From Candidatus Bathyarchaeota archaeon (GTDB lineage: Archaea; Thermoproteota; Bathyarchaeia; Bathyarchaeales; Bathycorpusculaceae): a stretch of DNA of 64,000 nt. Below the pieces are notes generated by a model, which searched no databases, was not told the origin of the DNA, and worked only from the letters and a program-made list of their open reading frames with translations. Every line of letters begins with the position of its first letter. Position 1 is the first letter of the stretch. Made by a program: the position numbers and the translations under genes. Shown here piece by piece: positions 30,306 through 40,102 of this stretch. The DNA lies in the NCBI GenBank assembly GCA_963767735.1, contig CAVYES010000004.1, positions 224,001 to 288,000 on the forward strand. The letters run 5' to 3'.

Positions 30306-30548
30306 TATGTCACGCCGCTGCCTCCAAAGTTCAGATGAATTAACTTGTTATTTTCAGGCTGATTGAAAATTTTGCTGTTTTAGTCTCTTCACGTTTTCTT
30401 TGATTTGCATTTTCTATTTTCTGAACAAGAAAAACGCATGAGAGTGTTCGCATCTTATTTCACTTTCACTTACCCCTCTACTACTCTCTACAGTCGTTTG
30501 AACCCCTATCTTTTAAGAACTATGAACTATATGCGCGAGCCATGGTAG

Positions 30549-30782
30549 TTGCTTATGAAAACGAAAACCGCGCTTTTACCGACAGAGGATGATCTCTTAG
30601 TGGATTTAACGCTGCATGATGTTCCAGCTTCGCTTATTAGCGAGTTGGCAGAGAAAATCGTTAGACCCTATTACAATGACAACTTAAACGCTGCCATCCA
30701 AGACCTAATCCACAAAGCACTCTCAGAACAAGACTTCGTGCAGTCCCACATAACGCATGTTCAAAATGCTGTAACGCCTTAA
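30549..30782 (+). CDS. Hypothetical protein
   Basis: 77-aa ORF; ttttaag TATA-like element upstream. Confidence 0.55.
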   Translation: MLMKTKTALLPTEDDLLVDLTLHDVPASLISELAEKIVRPYYNDNLNAAIQDLIHKALSEQDFVQSHITHVQNAVTP

Positions 30783-31234
30783 AGATAAGTAATGGCGGCG
30801 GATTAAGCAAAACCCTTAACTTTTTCTGTAGAGGAGATACTCATTCAAGAAGTGGCATGATGAGCTTACCTGAAGCGTCAAGTAGTTGGTTTTCAAAATT
30901 GTCTCTTTTTGTTTTAATGCTTGTGGTCTATTCAAAATCCAGGTTTCTAACAATGACGTTTCTGTCTCTATATGGCTTAATTCACGGGGTAGCATGTGTG
31001 CCAGGCAAAAGAGTAAGTGCTATGAAAAGTCTACTCCATTATGGCGTTGAAGTTCTCCAACATGGGTTGGGCTCACCAATCCAAGCCGCTAACTCTTGAG
31101 ATTTTACTCGAAATTATAAATCCTTTAAATGTCTAGCTTTAACGTTTTATATGGTATAGCCGATAGTGGCGACATCTCCCGCGCAACCCCTCCCTTTTTC
31201 TTAATTTTGTGAAAACTTGCTGTGAGATAATTTT

Positions 31235-31343
31235 GTGTTGGGGCAAGAAGTCGTAAGCTGCCCTGATTGCAGCACTCAAGAACGGCCGAGCCGGGCAAAT
31301 TCAGACTTACATATGCCGCGACTGCGCCCGCAGGTTTTCATGA
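31235..31343 (+). pseudogene. InsA-like zinc-ribbon fragment
   Basis: CPDCST, then in a shifted frame KNGRAGQIQTYICRDCARRFS*. Confidence 0.5.
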
Positions 31344-31560
31344 TTGTGGAGCCGCCGGGGTTTGAAAAGGGCCACAATGGCGACATCACCCGCGAGTTCC
31401 CCATTTTGAGGAACAAACATTGGGACTAGGGCCAAGATATTATAGTTGAAGAAGACGACGATGATGAATGCTCAGAAAATAGCGAGGACTGGAACATCGA
31501 GTTTCCAGTCTCAGATTAGCTAAGCCTGTAAAACCAGGCCTTTTTTCTTGATTAACGTCC

Positions 31561-31689
31561 AAGGCCTTCCGAAATCTGGAGGGTAAAGAGGGAGGCTTGC
31601 TAGTATTTATCTTATCATCAGAACATATAAAAAATATAAAAAAAATTTTGGTTTGTCTTATTCTATCCCGCACTTTTCGCGATAGGTCT
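31561..31689. repeat. Dispersed ~130-bp repeat, copy 1 (diverged)
   Basis: Core CTTATCATCAGAACATATAAAA at 31611. Confidence 0.7.
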
Positions 31690-31766
31690 GAAGAGAAAAG
31701 AAGGTCTATTAGAACTGGATCATGTGTTTTGAAAAAGGTTTAGTAGGGCAGTCGTGCTCGCTTTAT

Positions 31767-32042
31767 TTACCTTTGAGATTCTTCTATGATAGGTAGCACT
31801 TGCGTGAGTTCTCGGAGTTGCTTAAGCACAGTTATGCCTTGTTGTGTGACGGCGAAAACTGTGCTCCTTTTTTTAATAGTGCGTTCTTCGACCAGTCCCT
31901 GTTTGATAAGGAAGTCCAGATGGCCTCTAAGCATGCTGCCATTGACGTTAGCTTTGTACATGATGTGTGTCAGCTTTAAGGGACCTAACCGCGCCAACGT
32001 GTTGAGGATATCAATGTACGTTTCTAGTTTTGATCGTCTCAT
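31767..32042 (-). CDS. Small winged-helix regulator (ArnR1/COG3432-like)
   Basis: MRRSKLETYIDIL...LKLTHIMYKANVN...LIKQGLVEE...TQQG. Confidence 0.85.
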   Translation of the reverse strand: MRRSKLETYIDILNTLARLGPLKLTHIMYKANVNGSMLRGHLDFLIKQGLVEERTIKKRSTVFAVTQQGITVLKQLRELTQVLPIIEESQR

Positions 32043-32323
32043 AGGTGTTGCCTCAAGACTCTCCAGTTTCACAGGTGGTCTTTCCACTGTATAAAAAAGT
32101 TTATTTTTTTTATAAGCTTTTGCTATTTTCATTTGCTTAATTCATTGTAAACTGTATTCGGAATCAAGAAATGAGTTTTAAAGCTAAATGATGAAGAGAC
32201 TTATTGCCGTGCTGTTTCTGTGATTGCGCAAAGCCTATAACAACGTCTTATATGCGATGCGGGAGAAGTAGGAATCCCTTGCTCCTTTACCTATCAAAAG
32301 GGGGCAAGTCTGGAGTTAGAAAT

Positions 32324-32605
32324 ATGACAAGAAAAAGCACCCAAGAAATCAACTTCTCTTCTGGTCAAGACAGCAAAAGCAAATCTGCTGTTCGCAAAGA
32401 AAGGATGCCAATTGTCAGATGCTTGTGCGGCTCCGAAATTTTGGTGGTGCCCGATTTGAAAGCCATGAACCGTGCTATAAAAAATCATGTTGCCGAACAC
32501 AAGCAAGCACGTGATGGTTCAGATAGGCTTGAGTCGTTGACGGAGTTCTTGATAGAGCAGGTTCTTACAGTGGCAAGCGAAATAAATCTGCCGAATGTAA
32601 AATAG
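32324..32605 (+). CDS. Small CxC...HxxxH zinc-finger protein
   Basis: PIVRCLCGSEILVVPDLKAMNRAIKNHVAEH; paralogue of 35273..35614. Confidence 0.75.
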   Translation: MTRKSTQEINFSSGQDSKSKSAVRKERMPIVRCLCGSEILVVPDLKAMNRAIKNHVAEHKQARDGSDRLESLTEFLIEQVLTVASEINLPNVK

Positions 32606-32621
32606 TCATGAACAATCTACC

Positions 32622-32754
32622 AAGGCTTCCAAAAATTCACCCCCATAGATGGAAGAAGGTCTTCCAAGTTTCACCTTATCATCAGAACATATAAAACACA
32701 ATAAATAAATTCTGGGTTCTCTTCTCCTATGCCCTCTTAACGGCGACAGACCTT
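32622..32754. repeat. Dispersed ~130-bp repeat, copy 2
   Basis: cttccaaaaatt.acccccataga...aaggtcttccaagttt.accttatcatcagaacat...agacctt, closely matching copy 3. Confidence 0.85.
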
Positions 32755-32775
32755 TGGTCGCTCTTACTTGAAAGT

Positions 32776-33516
32776 TCATTTACCGTTTAGCTTTGGTGGC
32801 AGACGTACTATGAAAGTTGTTCCTTTGCCTTCTTGGCTTTCGAATGTTACCGTTCCGTCTAACGCGTCAGTCAACCGCTTAACAACAGCTAAGCCAAATC
32901 CTTGACCTTTAGACTTGGTGGTGAACAACGGCGCAAAGAGCATACCTTTCGCTTCCTCAGGTATGCCCACACCCGTATCCTCGACCGCTATGACATAGTC
33001 GTTTTCGTCACGGTAGGCATGTACGTTCAGTTTTCCCCCTGCAGGCATAGCTTGAATAGCGTTCATTACCAAGTTGCCCAAGATCCTCTTCAACAGGTCC
33101 GGGTCAGTCATAATCCTTTTGGCATCGTTTTCCACGCGGAAAGAGATTTTGATGCTCGATGGTGTACCATTTCTTGAAAACAAATTCTCGATAATGTCTT
33201 CCAGATTGGTTTCCCGAGCAAAAGGTTTTAGTGGTCTCGCGTAGTCTTGGAGATCCGTCACAATCTTGTTGATGTACTCTACGTTCTTTTCAACCGCATC
33301 CAAGCTTTCTTGAAGACTCGCTTTTCGCTTGCTATCGAGCATCGAATCCACCTCAAGCTTTGCCAAATACACATCCCCAGTGATCGCCTGCAACGGATTA
33401 CGAATATCATGACCAACCATCCCAGCAGTTGCACCAATAATTGCAAGCCTCTCTGAAGCCCACATACTTCCTGTTAGTAAAGGCTTCTGCAATTTAGTAA
33501 TTCCAGTAGAAGTCAT
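32776..33516 (-). CDS. Histidine kinase (HisKA + HATPase), no obvious sensor domain
   Basis: GHDIRNPL H-box, NLVMNAIQAM N-box, DTGVGI, FTTKSKGQGFGL. Confidence 0.93.
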   Translation of the reverse strand: MTSTGITKLQKPLLTGSMWASERLAIIGATAGMVGHDIRNPLQAITGDVYLAKLEVDSMLDSKRKASLQESLDAVEKNVEYINKIVTDLQDYARPLKPFARETNLEDIIENLFSRNGTPSSIKISFRVENDAKRIMTDPDLLKRILGNLVMNAIQAMPAGGKLNVHAYRDENDYVIAVEDTGVGIPEEAKGMLFAPLFTTKSKGQGFGLAVVKRLTDALDGTVTFESQEGKGTTFIVRLPPKLNGK

Positions 33517-33771
33517 TTAACCAAAAACTCGTTTCCCAGTTGGATGAATAAACTATTGTAGCCTTCGCTAATAAGTCAATGTCTGTATTGCCCACCATCT
33601 ACAACTTCAAAAATCTGACAGAAACCGAAATAACGCAGCGTTTAACGTTCTATTAGCACATTTGCGGCGATTATGGCCATTTTAGCTTATTGAACCTTAC
33701 AAAAGGCTTAAATCCTACTTTTGGGCATTATAACATCAGATTCCGATTTCATCGAGGCCGATGGATAAAAA

Positions 33772-34577
33772 TTGTCTGAATCGGATAAGACAGATTTGCT
33801 AATGGGGCTGGGTTTAACTCCTAATCAGGCAAAAGTATACCAGACCATCCTTAAATTAGGCAACGTTGCAGTTGGTCAGATAGCGAAATCTACTTCGGTA
33901 AGGCGAGAAGACGTATACAAGGTTTTGCCAGCACTTGAAAAGATGGGTCTAGTAGAAAAATTGCTCGGCAAACCAGCTATCATTCGGGCTACTCCTGTTG
34001 CAGGTGCTTTGACTTCCTTAATACTTGACGAAAAAGTCAAATCTGACGAAAGAATAGCCTCAATGAAAGCGAAATTCCAAGTCCTATCTAAGGCGAAGTG
34101 GGTACAACCTATTGTTGTGGGTGAAGAAGAAAGCCTCTACGCTTTAATACCAGAAGGTAAAGCAGTCGTCGCTAAGTTAACCAGTTTAATCGCCAGCTCT
34201 AAAAATGATGTTTTCTGGATTGATACCCTGAAAGAAATCTCACATATCACATCTCTTCTTGTCGCTGAAATCAAAAAAACATTTCACAACGGAGTGGAAG
34301 TTAGAGCGATTATTGAGGATTTCAAACCTGATGAATCCCAAACGAAAAAAGTGCAACCCACTATGAACATAGTCGTCTATCAGGTTTCACCATCAACCTC
34401 TGAACCGGTTCGCGGTTTTTGATGGCAGAGAGGCTATGATTTCAACCAATAGAAAAAGCGACTCTGAAGGATACTTCAGCATTGTGGACAACCGACACCA
34501 ATCTTATCGGCGTGCTGAGAGGATACTTTGAGACGGCGTGGAGTGAATCCGAAGAACTAAAACAAAGCAATAAGTAA
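33772..34577 (+). CDS. TrmB family regulator, C-terminus frameshifted
   Basis: LGLTPNQAKVY...VRREDVYKVL..LEKMGLVEK; other frames continue RFAVFDGREAMIS and ALWTTDTNLIGVLRGYFETAW to 34577. Confidence 0.8.
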
Positions 34578-34775
34578 CTAAAGCAAACTATCGATAACAA
34601 CCTTTAGATCTGCAAACAACTATTAAAGATAGTTTGGTATTGGTAGGTTACGCTTTAAATCGGTTCAAACAATCCAACTTGTAAAGTTCGCCAACATCAA
34701 ATCGTCGAAAAGGTATGTCGCGTGTTAAAGAAACAATGGGTTTTCCCAATAATTTATCGCTGAGATCTGCGAGGA

Positions 34776-35108
34776 TTAAAAATATTCTTTGTGCTCATTC
34801 CAGTTAGGTTCCTTCTTTGCTTTAATTGAAGGAATTTCACTTCTAATTTTCGCCGTGGGAATCACCTGGTTCAGTTCTTTAAAGCACCTGATCAAATACA
34901 AGCCGCGCTCCGTAATCGCGTAAACAATTTTATCCCGCCCAGCGCACTTTTCTTCAACTGCGCCTTGTTTAATCAAAAAATCAAAATAATTCTTCATTAC
35001 ATTGCAGTTGAGGTTAGCCTTTTGCATTACGTGAGTTATTTTTAGAGGACCATGACTAGCCAATGTCTCAAGAATGACCAAGCAAGTTTCCAGTTTGGAT
35101 CGTCTCAA
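34776..35108 (-). CDS. Small winged-helix regulator (paralogue)
   Basis: RRSKLETCLVILETLASHGPLKITHVMQKANLN...YAITERG. Confidence 0.85.
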   Translation of the reverse strand: MRRSKLETCLVILETLASHGPLKITHVMQKANLNCNVMKNYFDFLIKQGAVEEKCAGRDKIVYAITERGLYLIRCFKELNQVIPTAKIRSEIPSIKAKKEPNWNEHKEYF

Positions 35109-35272
35109 ATTTTGATCTCCTTTTTTGGTGTTGAATTACTGTTTTAATGTTTGATGGCATATATGTTGTTATTCGCGCGCGCTCATAAAGGCAGGTTGAC
35201 CAATTAATGTATATAGGCTTCGAGAGTAAATACGCGTGTATGCTTATCGTTCTTCTAATCAGAATCAAAAGA

Positions 35273-35614
35273 CTAAGTATCGTTTTGTTCACTCATTTTC
35301 ATTAGTATAAGTTGGCTTAGCAGTTGACTGATGTTGCTAGACGTGGTTACATTATTCTTAGTGCTTCTTTCTTTCTTTCTGTGTTCGGCAACATGAGTTT
35401 TGAGGGCGCGATTCATCGCCTGAAGATCTGGCACCAGCAGTATTTCGGTGCCACATTCACAACTAATTATTGGTAACCGTTCCTTCAAATGCTTGTCCGC
35501 ATCAGCGCTTTTGCCTTCTAGAATGTTATCAATTCCTACTGTCTCAGTTGGTAACATTTTCTGAAGTTTCTCAACTCTAGTTCTACTCATTTGAACTCGA
35601 AAATCTCCATTCAC
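35273..35614 (-). CDS. Small CxC...HxxxH zinc-finger protein (paralogue)
   Basis: PIISCECGTEILLVPDLQAMNRALKTHVAEH. Confidence 0.75.
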   Translation of the reverse strand: MNGDFRVQMSRTRVEKLQKMLPTETVGIDNILEGKSADADKHLKERLPIISCECGTEILLVPDLQAMNRALKTHVAEHRKKERSTKNNVTTSSNISQLLSQLILMKMSEQNDT

Positions 35615-35859
35615 TTTCCTTGGTGGATAATTGTATTCGCATTATTCCTTTTATGTTCATGTCTGTGTGCCCCCACATCTACAAGTAAAATGACTTCGGA
35701 GGCACTCGTAGTAATGCCTTTATTTTCGGTTAAGCAGGCAACTGTAACCCTTGTGGTTGCATAACTCTACTCACATGAGTTTATTATCGAAGTCAGAGTG
35801 TATTTCAAGCACGCCTTGAATCTTATTCGGGCCAAGAAAATTGTATGTAAGGAATAATT

Positions 35860-36189
35860 ATGAGACCCAGTCTCTACCTACTAAAAAAACAAAATGGGCG
35901 GACGGAAGTCACAATGAAAACAGAAGTTCAAGTAGTTGTGGTCGATCTGGATAGATCAAAAGAATATCCTCTAAATTTTGTCTGTGTCCTTCCCCAAACC
36001 GTTATATCGCTGGGAAAGCATTCAAACATTTTCGGTAAAATTTTTGGAACAAGCAGCTTGGCAGTTGCTAAAAAACTCCTTCAGAGGGCCTTGAAAAGGG
36101 AAAAAGATGCCGAAATCAGAAAAGAGCTTACGAAACGGTTAAAGGTACTGAAACCGACTCTGACTGACAAGGTTATAATAACTAGTTAA
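35860..36189 (+). CDS. Hypothetical protein
   Basis: VVVVDLDRSKEYPLNFVCVLP...AKKLLQRALKREKD. Confidence 0.65.
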   Translation: MRPSLYLLKKQNGRTEVTMKTEVQVVVVDLDRSKEYPLNFVCVLPQTVISLGKHSNIFGKIFGTSSLAVAKKLLQRALKREKDAEIRKELTKRLKVLKPTLTDKVIITS

Positions 36190-36423
36190 GAAATTTTCCG
36201 TCCTAACAATAACATCATACTCAAATTTCCCTATTTTGTCAAATGCTTCTCCAACCGACGACGCAGTTTCCGTTCGATATGCTCCCGTCAGTTCAAGGAT
36301 TAGTTTAGAAATTCTCAGAATGCAGGCGTCACCGTCCATATGTAAAACCCGAATTGTTGATCTTCTAGTTATTCCCACAGTGCAAGAAAACGTGGAGTCG
36401 ATAATATCCATCGATGGATCCAT
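36139..36423 (-). pseudogene. Truncated response-regulator receiver domain
   Basis: IRVLHMDGD...ETASSVGEAFDKI..FEYDVIV, after which the similarity breaks off. Confidence 0.6.
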
Positions 36424-36442
36424 TTTAGCGCGCATGCGTGTT

Positions 36443-38080
36443 GAGGCTGTGTGAAAAAGGTCTTTTCGTTGATGGCAGGTGACCGTTAGCCTTAAATCTA
36501 GAATAGCTTTAGAGCTACTGATGAGCCATGAGCGAACATGTAACTGGCCTCAACAGAGACCAAACAGCACTCTTTCCCAACACGCTCGAAGGATACGTGG
36601 ATAAGGAAAACCCGGTCAGGTTCATAGACGCCTTCGTAGACAGCCTCAACTTGGAGAAACTCGGCTTCAAACACTCGGTACCAACTGAAGTTGGAAGACC
36701 ATCATACGACCCTGCAGACCTTCTCAAACTCTATGTCTACGGATACCTAAATCAGATCCGTTCAAGCAGAAAGCTGGAACGCGAATGCCAAAGAAACATA
36801 GAGGTCATGTGGCTCGTGAAAAAACTGGCTCCAGACTTCAAGACCATTGCTGACTTCCGCAAGGACAACATTGACTGCGTGAAAGGCGTCTTCAAAGAAT
36901 TCGTCAAGCTATGCATCAGCTTAGATCTATACGGTGCCAAGTGCATAGCAGTGGACGGCACCAAATTCAAAGCCGTAAACTCGCTCGACAAAAACTTCAA
37001 CCGCAAAAACTTGGCCTACAGAATGAAAATGATAGACCAGCACGTAACAAAATATCTGGCTGAGATTGAAGAGGAAGACCGCAAAGAGGCACAAGCTGAC
37101 TCTAAACATGTTGAAGTGCTTCAGGAAAAAGTTCAGAAACTCATGAACCGAAAAGAAGAGTACTCAGAGCTTCTTTCCAAACTCAAAGAGTCCAAGCAGA
37201 ATGAGGTATCCCAGGTCGATCCTGATTGTAGGCTGATGAAGAATAGAGGCAGGATTGAGCCTTGTTATAACGGTCAGGTTGCGGTTGATGATAAGAATCA
37301 TTTAATTGTTGATTACAACGTGACGAATGCTCCGGCTGACAATTGCCAGCTCAGTCCTATGGCTATAGGCGCTAAGAAGATGCTCGGAGCAAAAAACCTA
37401 GATGCTGTTGCTGACAAGGGATACTTCAGTTTCGTTCAAATCAAAGACTGCGTGGAAAATGGCATTATTCCTTATGTGCCTGAGCAGAACCGGTATGGCG
37501 TTGGTTTTGTCAAGAGAAAAGGGGTTCCGACTCGAGAATTCCACGTTGATAAGTTCGTTTATGATGTGGGGACGGATACGTTTGTTTGTCCCGGGGGGAA
37601 TGAGCTTGTTTTCAGCTATTTAGATCATGCTCATCAAAAGAACATTCGGGTTTACAGGACTGATGCGTGTTTCTCTTGTGAGTTTTTTATGGTGAAGTGT
37701 ACGTTGAATAGGCATGGGCGGACGTTGTGGCGTTGGGAGCATGCTGAGGTTCTGGATGAGATGAGGGCGAGGTTGTTGCGTGAGCCTGAGAAGTTGGCTT
37801 TGAGGAAGAGGCTTGTGGAGCATCCGTTTGGAACTATGAAACGTGCGTTTAATCAGGGTTATTTGCTGCTCAAAGGTCTTAGGAAGGTTGTTGGCGAGGT
37901 AGGGTTTACTGTGTTGGCTTATAATATGAGGCGGGTTTTGAACATTCTTGGACCAGGATTCACGCGGGTTTTCTGATCAGGACGAGGAAGAAAAGAAATA
38001 GAAAGGCAAAATAATCTAGCCATGGCAAGATTGTAAGATCCCAAACACTCAAGGCAAACTACTAATTTTCACACGGTCTC
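36443..38080 (+). mobile_element. IS1182-family insertion sequence
   Basis: TIRs GAGGCTGTGTGAAAA (36443-36457) and TTTTCACACGGTCTC (38066-38080). Confidence 0.9.
36528..37976 (+). CDS. IS1182-family transposase
   Basis: GRPSYDP..LLKLYVYGY, SSRKLE, PDFKTIADFRK, AVDGTK, ADKGY, VEHPFGTMK. Confidence 0.95.
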   Translation: MSEHVTGLNRDQTALFPNTLEGYVDKENPVRFIDAFVDSLNLEKLGFKHSVPTEVGRPSYDPADLLKLYVYGYLNQIRSSRKLERECQRNIEVMWLVKKLAPDFKTIADFRKDNIDCVKGVFKEFVKLCISLDLYGAKCIAVDGTKFKAVNSLDKNFNRKNLAYRMKMIDQHVTKYLAEIEEEDRKEAQADSKHVEVLQEKVQKLMNRKEEYSELLSKLKESKQNEVSQVDPDCRLMKNRGRIEPCYNGQVAVDDKNHLIVDYNVTNAPADNCQLSPMAIGAKKMLGAKNLDAVADKGYFSFVQIKDCVENGIIPYVPEQNRYGVGFVKRKGVPTREFHVDKFVYDVGTDTFVCPGGNELVFSYLDHAHQKNIRVYRTDACFSCEFFMVKCTLNRHGRTLWRWEHAEVLDEMRARLLREPEKLALRKRLVEHPFGTMKRAFNQGYLLLKGLRKVVGEVGFTVLAYNMRRVLNILGPGFTRVF

Positions 38081-38096
38081 AACAGCCATGCGCGCT

Positions 38097-38402
38097 TTAG
38101 AACAGATAGGGTCTTTGGTTTCTCGCGTTGTTTCCTGTTTCTTCAACTATGGGAAGCACTTCTTTGAGTTCCCTGAACTGTTTGAGCACTGTAACGCCGC
38201 GTTGCGTGATCGCGTATACTTTTCTTTCTCTTTTATTGATTTTCACCTCAACCAGTCCCCGGTTAGTCAAGAGGTCAAGGTACTCCTCCAGCACGGTGCA
38301 GTTAACGTTAGCCTTGTACATGACGAGCGTCAGCTTCAACGGACCCCAGTGAACCAAGACCTTCAGAATAGCCACATACATTTCCAGTTTAGATATTCTC
38401 AT
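38097..38402 (-). CDS. Small winged-helix regulator (paralogue)
   Basis: MRISKLEMYVAIL...GPLKLTLVMYKANVN...YAITQRG. Confidence 0.85.
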   Translation of the reverse strand: MRISKLEMYVAILKVLVHWGPLKLTLVMYKANVNCTVLEEYLDLLTNRGLVEVKINKRERKVYAITQRGVTVLKQFRELKEVLPIVEETGNNARNQRPYLF

Positions 38403-38936
38403 ACATTGTCTTTTTTTTGAAGCGCACTTCTGTTAGCAACGCTCTATGATTCCTGGCGTTAGCGTGCTTTTCTCCATGCACTATATTAGTGATACTAAGA
38501 TTATAGGCATAATGAATTAACTCATGGAGTATTATAAGAAAATATGTGCTATTTGATAATAATTCTTAAGAATATACATTTCAAATGCAAAAAAGCTGGA
38601 TATTGTAAAACGGCTTTATTGGTCTTTGTTGACAACATAACTGCACTTAGTTTTGCATTGTTAAGTAATTGGTTTTGGGGTACCAGTTTCATTGTTAGCT
38701 AAAAACATGAATTTCAAATTCATATTATTAATATACAATTTAGGCCAATGTTAATTGTAAGCGGCGAATCTTGCTCAAAACAATTATGATCCCCGTTACT
38801 CTGTATATCTCCCCTAAAAGCAAGATTCGCTGGCTTGAGGATTAGTCACATGGAGGAAGTTTCAAAAAATCTTTCCGAAATGTAACAAAGAATAGCGTCT
38901 AAAGAGAGCACAGTTTACTTTCACGGAGGTGAGAAA

Positions 38937-39122
38937 ACGAGTTTTCAAGCTAAGAAATATGAAAAAGTCGTAAATGATGATGAACTCTACTTCATCATTC
39001 AAGAAGAACTACGACCAGAGGCCTCGAAAATGGCTATGGACTTCAATAACGTAAAGTACATATCTCAGCAAAAAAAACGCGAAGAGGCAGAAAAACCGTT
39101 ATACCTTATGAGGTATGAATAG
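38937..39122 (+). CDS. 61-aa hypothetical protein with ACG at the start position (not in the ORF track)
   Basis: GGAGGTGA at 38925-38932, then ACG AGT TTT CAA..., open to TAG at 39122. Confidence 0.45.
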   Translation, partial: TSFQAKKYEKVVNDDELYFIIQEELRPEASKMAMDFNNVKYISQQKKREEAEKPLYLMRYE

Positions 39123-39149
39123 AAATGTGCGCGCGCCTGAGGAGTTATT

Positions 39150-39560
39150 GTGGGTTATCAAAATAGTTGTCCAGAATGTAAACAATATGAGCGAAAAGAA
39201 GCTCTAAGCATTTTTAGGGAATTATGGTCTACAGGAAATTCTCCTTTACACCGAATGTATTCTTCTTGGGATGAGCTTGAAAGAAACATTGAGGTAAAAT
39301 CAGATAAAGCAACCACCATGAATAAACATAAGATTCAGTCATGCCCATATTGTGGTGCTAAGCAAGCCATAACCAAGCCGTTGGACGGAATTTTTCCGTA
39401 TCTGAATTGTGAATCATGTAAACATCCTTTTTTCGTTCAGAATAATTTGTCCGTTAGGAAACTCACAGAAGAAGAGGAAAGAGAAATTCCTGAAGCATGG
39501 ATTCGAATAGTTGAAGATCTAGCCAAAAAGAAGGTTGCAGTAGTCTTAAGATTCGAATAG
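39150..39560 (+). CDS. Hypothetical zinc-ribbon protein
   Basis: CPEC, CPYC and CESC motifs; GAGGAG RBS. Confidence 0.65.
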   Translation: MGYQNSCPECKQYERKEALSIFRELWSTGNSPLHRMYSSWDELERNIEVKSDKATTMNKHKIQSCPYCGAKQAITKPLDGIFPYLNCESCKHPFFVQNNLSVRKLTEEEEREIPEAWIRIVEDLAKKKVAVVLRFE

Positions 39561-39795
39561 CTAAAGGATGGGGCGGCGCACGCTTAGGCGAAAGCGTTTT
39601 GTATATTTTTGCTTAGGATACTATCTGGAAGTCAGACTGCCTTTTATTGCTTAGGCGGACGCACAACAAAGAATCAGAAGAGGAAACAAGCGAGTCGCGC
39701 AATGCACATTGTATAAGGCTTTGTGGCAAAATATTTTTCTATAATTTTAAAAGGCAGCATGCGAACCGCCACGAGAGGGATTCCTTGCACGCATA

Positions 39796-39929
39796 AGGCC
39801 CTTCCAAAAATTTACCCCCATAGAGGAAAGAAGGTCTTCCAAGTTTTACCTTATCATCAGAACATTTAAAAATCAAATAAATAAATTCAAACTTTCTTAC
39901 TCTATACCCGCCAGTTTCCGGAAGACCTT
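39796..39929. repeat. Dispersed ~130-bp repeat, copy 3
   Basis: Core at 39850; internal inverted pair AAGGTCTTCC (39831-39840) / GGAAGACCTT (39920-39929). Confidence 0.85.
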
Positions 39930-40102
39930 AGCCCCTGCAATGTACATTGTGTCGGTTTCGCCCGAATTTTTTCTGGGAAATTTTTGAAGCGCCCGCGTGC
40001 TCGAGGCTAGTGCTGGGTTCGGAAACAACATTTCTGCCCAAGTGGATTTTCTTTAGACGGATAATTGAAAGCAGCCAATTATGCGCAAAGGAAGCGAAAA
40101 AA

